From assembly GCF_009914755.1 (NCBI RefSeq), contig NC_060938.1: a stretch of DNA of 64,000 bases. One strand, written 5' to 3'. How positions within the stretch are numbered: position 1 is the first letter of the stretch; every line of letters begins with the position of its first letter. Shown here in pieces: positions 51,560 to 64,000 of the stretch. This stretch comes from the human T2T-CHM13v2.0 reference genome, Homo sapiens. The notes beneath the pieces are model-generated. The model had not been told where the DNA came from. It did not search any database and saw only the letters and a program-made list of their open reading frames with translations. Position numbers and translations under genes: made by a program.

Positions 51560-52200
51560 AGAGGTTACTCTTTTAAAGCCAATTTGGGGTCATGTTCTCA
51601 GATAACTGAGATTGAATCTTGTGAAAACATGTGGGGTCTAGAGCTATAGATGTCTGGGTGATTTTTCTCATGAAATTGGGATAAGTTGAGCCTAGTTGTA
51701 TTACCTCTGCCAGTAGTGACTCTAGGTCTTGCCTTCCCAGTGAGCTGTTCTCCAAGCCTGCCACCTGTGGACTCAAGTTCCCCATCACTGAATCCTCCTG
51801 TGTGATGGGCCTTCAGCCCCACACCCAGGATGTTTGGCTGACTTATTTTATTTAATCTGTTACTTGATTCTGTCCTGTGTTCTTTTATTCTTTTTGTTTG
51901 GCAGGCCACAATTTTTAAGTATTTTAAATGTTTAACTATTTTAAAATAAAACCCACCTGGATTTTGCATGTCTTCCATATCTTACCTGGTTTTACAGTCA
52001 CAGTTCTAAGGTCATTCTCATGACAGTTTTAACTTCCAATTTTCTGGAATACGAAGAATGTATCCTAAAAAACGGTTGCACAGAGCCCATAAAGAGGCAT
52101 TATATTTGGATCACAACCTTGATTTCTTCACATATACTGTAATGTGATACCTTTGTTCTCCAATTGTATGATAAGGCTTTTGGCATGGACTGTATACCTG

Positions 52201-52492
52201 TGCTGTCCAGTGGGAATGTAATGCAGGCAAGCCATATATGTAATTTAACATTTTCTAGTAGCCACATTAAATAAAAAGAAACACATGAAATTAATTTTAA
52301 TAATGTTTTATTTGACCAGTATAATCTAAGTATTATTTCAACATGTAATCAACATCAAAATTGAGATATTTTACATTTTTTATATTGAATCTTTGAAATG
52401 CAGTGTTTATTCTCACTTTACATCTCAGTTCAAACTAGCCATATTTCAGTTACTCAGTAGCCACATGTAGCTAGTGTCTTTTGCATTGGGCA
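52201..52492. mobile_element. MER33-type hAT element
   Basis: tgctgtcca...ttttctagtagccacatt...ctcagtagccacatgtagctagtg. Confidence 0.7.
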
Positions 52493-52569
52493 TTGAAGCT
52501 GCTAAGTTTTGCAGCTTAGCGCTAGTAACATAGTTGTTGCTTTGTGTGTAAATGTGTTTATTATTTTAG

Positions 52570-52851
<282 letters not shown>

Positions 52852-53090
52852 TAAGGAAACCTATGTCATTGATTGATCGTAATGATTTAGATTGTGTTAT
52901 CTGTATAATGATGTGATTATTATATTGTACTTGTTTTCTTTATATGGTTTTAAGGCAGTGTTAGATCTTACCACTGTAGATACAATGATGGGTACATATT
53001 TTAATATTAGAACAGAGCTAAGCTAACTGGTGTGTTTGGGGGATTAAATCAATATTCTTGGCCTCATTACTAGACAGGTTAGAACAGTAC

Positions 53091-54167
53091 TGTTGCGGGA
53101 AGACAGGGACCCCGAACAGAGGGACCGGCTGAAGCCATGGCAGAAGAACATAAACTGTGAGGATTTCATGGACATTTGTTAGTTCCCCAAATTAATACTT
53201 TTATAATTTCTTACGCCTGTCTTTACTGCAGTCTCTGAACATAAATTGTGAAGATTTCATGGACATTTATCACTTCCTCAATCAGTACTCTTATAGTTTC
53301 CTATGCCTGTCCTTTAATCTCTTAATCCCGTCTTCTTCTTAAGCTGAGGATGTATCTCGTCTCAGGATCCTGTGATGATTGCGTTGTCTGTATAAATTGT
53401 TTGTAGAGCATGTGTGTTTGAGCAATATGAAATCTGGGCACCTAGAAAAGGAAGAGGATAACAGCGATTTTCAGGGAACAAGGAGATAACCATAAAGTCT
53501 GACTGCCTGCGGGCTGGGCGGAACAGAGTCATATTTCTCTTCTTGCAAAAGCAAATAAAAGAAATATCGCTGAATTCTTTTTCTTAGCAAGGAGCAGCCC
53601 TGGGAAAAGAATGCATTCCCAGGGGGAGGCCTCTAAAATGGCCACTCTGGGAGTGTCTGTCTTACGCAGTTGTGGATAGGGGATGAAATATGCCCTGGTC
53701 TCCAGCAGCGCCCCCAGGCTTGTTAGGATTGGGAAATTCCAGCCTGGCGAAATTGTAGGCAGACTGGTTCTCTGCTCTTGAACCCTGTTTCCTGTTAAGA
53801 TGTTTATCAATGACAATCTGTGCATAGCGGGACAGTGAACCTCATCAGTAATTCTAATTTCGCCCTGGCATTGTGACCTTGCCCTGCCCATTTGCCTTGT
53901 GATATTTTATTGCCCTTGAAGCATGTGATCTCTGTGACCCATACCCTATTCATACACCCCTCCCCTTTTGAAATCCATAATAAAAACTTGCTGGTTTTGT
54001 GGCTCAGGGGGCATCACGGAACCTGCCGACATGTGATGTCTCCCCTGGACAGCCAGTTTTAAATTTCTCTCTTTTGTACTCTTTCCCTTTATTTCTCAGA
54101 CCGGCCAACACTTAGGGAAAATAGAAAAGAACCTACGTTGAAATATTGGGGGCTGGTTCCCCTGATA
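53091..54167 (+). mobile_element. MER11 solo LTR (HERV-K11/HML-8)
   Basis: TGTTGCGGGAAG start, repeated gaacataaa.tgtga.gatttcatggacattt units, AATAAA at 53979, end ...gctggttcccctgata. Confidence 0.9.
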
Positions 54168-54239
54168 AATACACTACTGTATGATAGTTACTTACACTAG
54201 AGACCAAAACCAGCAGCCTAAAGAAATTATTCAGCATGG

Positions 54240-55190
54240 CTTATAAATCTCAGCATTTATTTTTATTTACTCATATAAATAAAATGTATGTGTGTGTATA
54301 TATACACATATGCATATATAGATATGTGTATATATAGATGTGTATATATACACATATATAGTTGTGTATATATAGATGTGTATATATACACGTGTCTATA
54401 TAGATGTGTATATATACACGTGTATATATACACACATACACATAAGTGTATATACATATATATGTGTATATGTACATATATGTACATATACACATATATG
54501 TATAGTGTATATATACTTATAAATGCTTATAAATCAGCATTTATTTTTATTTACTCGTATAAATAAAATGTATGTGTGTATATATACACATATGTATATA
54601 TAGATATGTGTATATATACACACATACGTGTATATACGTATATATGTGTATATATGTACATATATGTACATATACACATACGTATATGTGTATATACACT
54701 TATAAATGCTTATAAATCTCAGCATTTTTATTTACTCGTATAAATAAAATGTGTGTGTATATATACACATGTATATATAGATATATGTATGTATAGACGT
54801 GTATATATACATGTGTATATATACATACATGTATATACGTATATGTGTATATATGTACATATACACATATGTATGTGTATATATACTTATAAATGCTTAT
54901 ACATCTCAGCATTTACTCATAGTGTGTATATACACATGTATATATAGATATATGTATGTATATATACACACGTGTATACACACACACGTGTGTACACACA
55001 TATGTGTGTAGATACACACATGTATACACGCACGTGCATACACGCACGTGCATATATACATATATAGACACATACGTGTATATACATATGTGTGTGTATG
55101 TGTACATATATATGTACATATATACACGTATATATGTGTATATATGTACAATATACACATACGCATGTGTATATATATACACACACACCT
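54240..55190. repeat. Compound (TA/CA/TG)n VNTR with four higher-order units
   Basis: The anchor cttataaat..cagcattt..atttactc.tataaataaaatgt recurs near 54240, 54516, 54699 and 54886. Confidence 0.92.
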
Positions 55191-57025
55191 TAAGCAAATT
55201 GTGATATTTTACTTGACATTTATAAGTAGTATACTTTACTTAACCTATTGTAAATTTGTTTCAATTGTATATTCTTACCTTAGAAACTTAGCTGTTTCTT
55301 TCCTAGATCTTTGCAAGACTGACTTCTTAGGATTCAACTGTGATTCGATGTCAACTCCTCCTGGAGGCTTTCCTTTCCCATCCCAGCTGAAGTGATCCCC
55401 CTGTTGCTCAGTCACATTCTGTAGCATGACCTTGGCCTTGCCCACTTTCCACTTTACCTATTTGACAGAAGTGTCTACTTTATTCATAGTCAAAAGTTTG
55501 TGACCTTACAGAAATTAATAGGTACCCCTAATATAACTCTTGGAAAATTTGTGAACACTTGACATACCTCAAAACAATTCTAGCAGGTAGATGCTGTTAT
55601 TATCCCTGATTTACAGATGTGGAAACCAAGTTGAGAAAGATCAAATAATCTAAGCAGTTGTTTCCACTGAGCATAATATGAAATATTTCAGACATCAAGA
55701 CATAAATAATGTAAGAAAAAGTGGGCACTCCTCTCTTAAGACAGGTGATATTTCTGTATATTTTCCAGGGCATTGAAAGCCTTTGTTTATTCCTTTTCAA
55801 TTACATTTTTTTCCTTATTCTTAACATGAGTACCCTGTTTGTTAATTAAACACGTATTTTAGCCTCATAATTTTTGTTTATTGCCTTAATCACTATCTGA
55901 AATTATCTTAACATTTATTTGCATTGATGAACTTCTTGAAGGTAATGACCTTATTGTTCTTATAAACTATTATATTCCCAGTTCCAAAATCAGTGTCTGG
56001 CAATGATAGGTACTCAGCAAATATTTGAAGTAGTGAAAACGATTATTCTGTGATATTATGTTTAATGATGCACAGTATCTCATTATGCCAATGTATTTTA
56101 TCCTATTTTAAATTATATCAATCATTTTGAAATTTAAATATTAGATAACTGTGATGTTTAAATTTTCAATGATTAAATGTTCTATCATAGTTTTTCAGAG
56201 GTGGAATTACTAGAAATGCTATGCACATTTTTAAGTTTTCCAATATGTATTGCCAAATTCCCAAGATTTTACCATTTAATGACTATGACCAGAAATTCAG
56301 CTGCCTCTTTTTTTTGCACTTTTGACAACTCTTGAGTATTTAGTATTTTGAAAAACTGTGATATCTCATTGTTTAATATTGTTTAATATGTAAATAAATT
56401 ATTGTTTAATATTCCCGTTTTTGAATTACTAGTGAAATGGAGGTATTTTTCTTATTGCCATTTATATTTGTTATTCTGTGAATTGTATATTTTTCTATTG
56501 GTGGATTTTTTTTTGCTATTGATTTTGGAACTTTTTTTAAATAAAATATATTAGCTCTTCTGTGTCAAATACTCTTCCTCAGTTTATAGCATTTTATTTG
56601 TCAGTGTCTTTATATCCTGTAATTTATTTTTCTGTGGTCCAATTTTGTGTGTTTGTTATTTCTGCTTTTGATAACGTTTTCTAAGATTTTCCTTCCCTCA
56701 AATTATATAAATATACAATAAATTAAGATCTTTGTATCTACTTTCAGTATTTTTATCATTTTACTTTTTACTCTTAAATTGTTGTCAGTTTGAAAACATT
56801 TTAACTTAATTTGTTTAGGTTTGTTTATCACAACACCATTCATTAAGTAACAAATTTTTTCCCTGTAAATTTAGATGCTTTCTTTTTCATGTAGTATACT
56901 GTATATACTTATGCTAGTTTCTGAACTTAGTTTTCTGCTTCATCTTTCTGCCTTTTTTCATTTATACCATACTGTTTTTATCATAGTGGCTTTATAATAT
57001 GTTTAATACTTAGCATTGTGAGTGA

Positions 57026-57373
<348 letters not shown>

Positions 57374-58671
57374 TTTTTTGATATTATTTTGATTATTCTC
57401 ATGCATATACTTACTTTTGTGAGATATCTTCATGTGTGCTTATCCTCCAGAAAATTTCGTTAGAATTTTGATGACAATTCTATTAAATTGTAGAAACTCA
57501 ACTTTTAAAATAGGGATATAGATGAGAGATTTCCATTTATTTTCTTATGTTTTTATTTATCATCTCTTTATTCACTTATCTTTTATGTCTTATAACCTTT
57601 CACATTTTTTAAATGGTTTCTGTACATTTCCTACGCCTATTCTATTTCTGTTAAGAAATGCATATTCGTACATTGTGGATAAGTGGACAGAATGTAGACT
57701 TCACACTCAGTCAGTCAAGGCTTCTTAATTGTAAGACATTGGAGAAGCTACTTAAGCTTTTGAGTTGGCTTTCTTGTCAGAATGATGAGGAAAATAATGG
57801 AACTCTCTCATAGGATTATTACAATGAATAAATGAAATAATATATAGAGAGTTCTTAGAATAATTCCTGACACATGGTAACACTTGATAATTGTTCTAAT
57901 TATTTCTGGATATTATATATATTTGTCATTGCTTCTGAATTGTTTTTTCCATTTTCTTTTACTTTAAAAATTTTTTATTGTGAAATATGTATTCCAAACA
58001 CTAAGTTAGCAATAATCAAGTGACTACTTCATTACCTACCACACAGCTTAAGAAATAAAACATTATAAAAATACCATATAAGCTTCATGACATTCCTCTC
58101 CCATTTCATTCCACTTTTCCCTTCAGGAGTAACCATAATCTTGAATTTTTTGTGAATAACTCCCTTGCTTTTCTTTATTGTTACACACTCTTCGTAGATA
58201 TTCCTGAATATATTTATTTATTTTTGTCTGCTTTAGGACATCCTAAGAGAATCATACAGTATGCATTTCTCTATGAGAGATTTTTTTTTTGCACAGTATA
58301 TTATACTTTATTGACTCACGCATGGTGATGTTTGTAGCTAGAGTTTATTCATATTGACCTACATGTAGTCTGCCACTGTAAGAATAGACCATAGTCTATT
58401 TATTCATTCTTCTATTTATAGCCATTCAGATTATTTCTAGTGTTTTTTGTCTTGTGGTACATGTGTATATCTAGTTTATGTAAGCTGGTTTATAGGGCAT
58501 TTTCATGTTCAATTTTATCAGGCAATTCCAAGCTGTGTGCCAAAATGATTTTACCAGTTTATACTCTCACCGGTAGTGTATGAAAGTCCTTATTGTTCAC
58601 ATCTTCATCAACATTTGATATTGGTAAACCTTAAAAATTTTCCATTCACTTAGCTATTGATTTGGGATTTA

Positions 58672-58985
<314 letters not shown>

Positions 58986-59302
58986 TTGCCATTCATGAAA
59001 TGTAAAAGGTGTCTCATTGTGACTTTCAGTTAAGCTTTCTGATTACTACTGAGGTTAAACATTTTATTTTTTTATATATGGTCCATTTAGGTTTTTTCTT
59101 TTTTCCAATGCTCATTTATGTTTTGTTTCATTTTTCTTTGGAGCTGTCTTTTTCTTAATGATTAATAGGAATTTTTTATTTTTTTATATATTCATGCTAT
59201 TCCTTTATTAGTTATGTATATATTACAGTCATCTCCCACTTGTGGCTTGTCATTTTGCTTTCCTTAAAGTTTCTTATGATTATCATATACTCTTAAATTT
59301 AG

Positions 59303-59662
<360 letters not shown>

Positions 59663-61669
59663 TAGCATTTTTGTGTCTGAATTATTTTCTACACGGAGAT
59701 CAGAAAGGTATTCTGTATTGTCTTTTTGAAGTTTCATGTTTCTTTTGTTTTCACATTTCAATTCTACCCAAAGCTATTTAAGTCTGTAGTATCAGGTAGG
59801 TTCTTAAGGCTTATTTTTTTCTTTATGAATCTCTGATTTACCCAGTATTTGTTAAGTGGACTATCTTTTCCTTAGTAATTTGCAGCAGTCTCTATGGCAT
59901 AAGCTAAATTTTCATTTCTGGTGGCTTGTTTCTGGGCTCTCTGTTCTGTTCTGTTCTGTTCTGTTGATCTGCTTGCCTGTGCCATTACCATACCATCCTT
60001 ATCAGCTTTAAAACATGACTCTTGATAGCCAGTGGGGTAAACCTCCTACCATATTCTTTTTTAGGAGAGACTTCGCTATTCTTGGCTCTTTGATTTTTGA
60101 TGTAAACTTCAGAGTCTGCTAGAGAAAGTCTATAGGAACTTGGTATTTTTATTGGAGCTACACTAAATTTGTAGGTCCCTCTGCTGAGAATTTGCATCTT
60201 TACAATATTGAATCTCTCCATTTATTTAGTCTTTTTAAATACCTTTCAGTAATAGTTTTTCATTTTCTCCATTAAAAGGAAATTTATGATTTTATAGTAT
60301 TTATGCTAGTATAATTTTGTTTTTCCCCCTAAAATGTCGCAGTTTATTTTGTGTCTAGCAATCTTATTAAACCCCCTTATTAATGATGTTCCCTTGTCTA
60401 TATGATCACAATTATTTCTTACTTTCTAGTCCTTATACTTCTTGTTTAATTTTTTTCACTGGCTATGATATGTAGCACATGGTTAAATTGAAGTATTATT
60501 GGTGTACATCCTTGTCTTTTTTCTAATCTTTAATATTTTTAAGTTTCACTAGTAAGTAAGATCTTTGTTGTAGGTTTTTGTTTTTGACATCTCCTTTCCT
60601 CACCCTCACACTTGTGAATCTCATGTTCTGTTCTGAGGAAAAGAAATGAATAGGAAAATAAATACTTGTGTATCTAGATCCTATCACTGTGCGTGGTACA
60701 TTGTGGCTCTCAGTTTGTTGTGTGAATGAATAAATATAGCAGAACTACTTGAGCTTTATGGTTTTCATTGGTCTCTCTTTTATGTGGTACAGCAGGTAAA
60801 AAATGGTTCAATCTTTTAGAGAAAGAATCAGTCACTAATTTTTTTTATATTTCTAATGCTTCAGGAAGTAACATTGAATTTTAGGATTTGAATACAAACA
60901 TTTGAAGAAAGATCATGGTTTCTGTATGTTTCTCATGGCAGTAATGCTTATGATATTGTAAACTACGGATCAATTTAAACTGTATGAAGCTGGATTTTAG
61001 GCTGTTTTCTGAGAGAGATTATTTTGTTTAGGAACTTTGTTCCTGTGAATATAGGAACTTCGTTTTTATCCTTATTCTTATGAGCATCATTTTACTCCAG
61101 ATTTACAAACTTGGTATTGTAATGGTGTTGCAAAGTTTCTGATCAAAGCCTGAGAGCATGAGCAATAAATATGATACTAATAATCAACAAATTAGTTTGT
61201 GAAGACTTCTCTGTAATTCAGATTAGATCCCTTCTGCTTTTCTGCCTTTCCCTATACCTGGTTTGTTTTTTTTCTTAACAGATGGGGAAGTTAAGGCATA
61301 AAGGTAGATATTACCTGAATTTGTTGTATTGCTTACTGCAGTAGACCACTTTGCTACTGTGAGAATTATAAACTACTATGCTTTCCAGGTATGTGCTGAA
61401 ATCTCCATTGCTGCAAACCTGCAAGTCTTGCCAATAAAGAAAACTCTTACTCAGCTATTTTATATGTTTAGCTATATTTAGAACATCTACAGCTTGGCTA
61501 AGAGTTTTACTTCTGAATTTATAGAGAAGAAAGAAGTGCAGAAATTTTACTAGAGGGTTTTTTTTTTTAAATAAAAACCCCTGTTCATTTTTTCTCTTCA
61601 TCATTTTTATTCCTTTGATATCTCCTTTCTTCCCACACATTGTTGTTTGTTGACCATTAGTTCTAAATC

Positions 61670-61867
61670 ATTATTTCTCAACTGGGGGTAATTTTGTCCC
61701 CCAGGGCACATGTAGCAATGTCTGGAGCTTTTTTTGGTTGTCACACTGAGGGGCTGCTGCTGACATCTAGTGGGTAAAGGCCAGAGATGCTGCTAGCCAT
61801 CCTACAATGCAGTCAAAAATTATTTGCCCCCAAAATGTCAATAGTACTGAGTTTTAAAATCCCTGCT
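61670..61867. mobile_element. MER20 hAT element
   Basis: ttctcaactggggg...gcaatgtctggag...catctagtgggta.aggccagagatgctgcta...aaatgtcaatagt. Confidence 0.8.
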
Positions 61868-61884
61868 CTAAATAATGGTGTTTA

Positions 61885-62292
<408 letters not shown>

Positions 62293-62662
62293 AAGAATGT
62301 GGGCTTTAGGGTTTCACAGACCTGGTTTTTGAGCCTTATCTTAGGCCATGCTGGTTATGAGTACGTGTGTTCAAGTGTGTGGGAAATAAAGAAAGAACAG
62401 ATATGATAACTTATTTGCAGAATGCTGAGGAGGTATTATTTCTGTCCTCCCCTCCCACGTGAACTCCAGGTACCAGTGACTCAGTTTATGTTTCATTCCT
62501 CCTCTGAGACGTTAGGCAAGTTTTTTTGCCTTTTGGTTTTCAGTTTTTTCAACAGTAAGAGGAGAATAATAACTGTAAGAGGAGAATCATATCATAAATA
62601 TTAGGGAAGGTTTCATCAGAAAATGCAAATAAAGCACGTACTGCTATGACTGGATATAATAA

Positions 62663-62986
<324 letters not shown>

Positions 62987-63074
62987 TGTTTTTATGTATT
63001 ATTAATAATAACTGTATGTTCAGATTGTAATAATTTGGACTTGCTATCAAAAGTGATGTATAAAACTAGGCAAG

Positions 63075-63495
63075 ATTATCCATCAGTTGATGACTGGATA
63101 AACAAATGTGGTTTATCCATAGAGTGGAATATTACTTGGCTATAAAAAGGAATGAAATACTGATGCATGCTACGACGTGGATGAACCTTGAAAACATTAT
63201 GCTAAGTGAAAGAAGCCAGACACAAAACATCACATATAATTCCATTTATATAGAATGTCCAGGACAGGGAAATCTGTAAAGACAGAATGTAAATTAATGG
63301 TTGTCTAGGGCTAAGGAGGATGGAAAGGGACGGGTAGTAATGGTTAAAGGGGTTTGTTTTTGAGGTGATAAAAGTGGTCTAAAATTGGCTTTGGTGGTGG
63401 TTTCATAATTTAATGAATACGTTAAAAACCATTGAATTATACAGCTTAAAAGGGTGAACTGTACGATATGTGAATCATATTTCAATAAAGTTGAC
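63075..63495 (+). mobile_element. L1MB-type 3' fragment
   Basis: tggataaacaaatgtgg...atgaaccttgaaaacattatgctaagtgaaagaagccagacac...tcaataaag. Confidence 0.85.
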
Positions 63496-64000
63496 ATATG
63501 TGTATGTATATGTGTGTGTGTATGTATGTGTGTGTATATATATAGAGAGAGAGAGAGACTAGGCAAGATGAGGGCTGTCTCTCCTTTCTGTGTTGTTATT
63601 TCTTAATCTGTACTTTGCTCTCCATCTTCTGATTTCTTTGGATCTCACTTAGAGGATGCATTCTAGTGGAGAAACCATAATATTGCTGAATATTTGAATA
63701 TTCATTACTAATTTAATGTGGTGATAGTGCCTCTATATACATACTTAAAGTTTTTCCAATTTAGAAAAATTTCTCCTCTGTCCTACATAGCTTGTATGAG
63801 TTAACACCAGACAGCTTATAAACATGAACATGTTCTACATTTCTCACACATGAGTATTTGTATACTGAATTGGCCATATGTTTACCTGAGTTCCAATATA
63901 TTTTATTTTTATAAATGGATAGTAAGTTAGAAAGCTAGTTTTCTTTGTTGAACCTTAGTTAGCTACTGTAGTCAATGGCTTAGAGTTAGGAACCTGTTAC

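Noticed and set aside
54263-55395. Y/I/H/T/C-rich ORFs in several frames
   Set aside because: Artefacts of alternating purine-pyrimidine repeats.

Overview
Human (or closely related great-ape) genomic DNA covering the 5' end of PCNX1 (pecanex 1, chr14q24) on the + strand: about 12.8 kb of repeat-rich upstream sequence, a CpG-island promoter with coding exon 1 (ATG 13513, donor 13666), a 38,976-bp phase-0 intron 1, coding exon 2 (52642-52850) and the start of intron 2. Most of the rest is transposon-derived: about 25 Alus, MIR/L2/L1M relics, a near full-length Tigger1, a full-length antisense L1PA, a complete THE1 (MaLR) nested in a MER21 LTR, and a MER11 solo LTR. Observations these features do not explain: (1) a 7-kb, largely repeat-free stretch of intron 1 (about 33.9-40.85 kb) that looks like a decayed multi-exon protein-coding gene, with phase-consistent splice sites and a CxxC-x21-CxxC zinc-ribbon motif split across an intron; I cannot name the gene. 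(2) Four local template-copy or fold-back events: a 160-bp direct copy bracketing the promoter, a 201-bp inverted copy, and two snap-back palindromes inside Tigger1 and L1. (3) A strong-Kozak uORF in frame with PCNX1 and separated from it by a single TAG, followed by a CGG repeat. (4) THE1 LTRs offering an ATG plus a phase-0 donor that would splice in frame to exon 2. Repeat subfamily calls and comparisons to consensus sequences are from memory and approximate.
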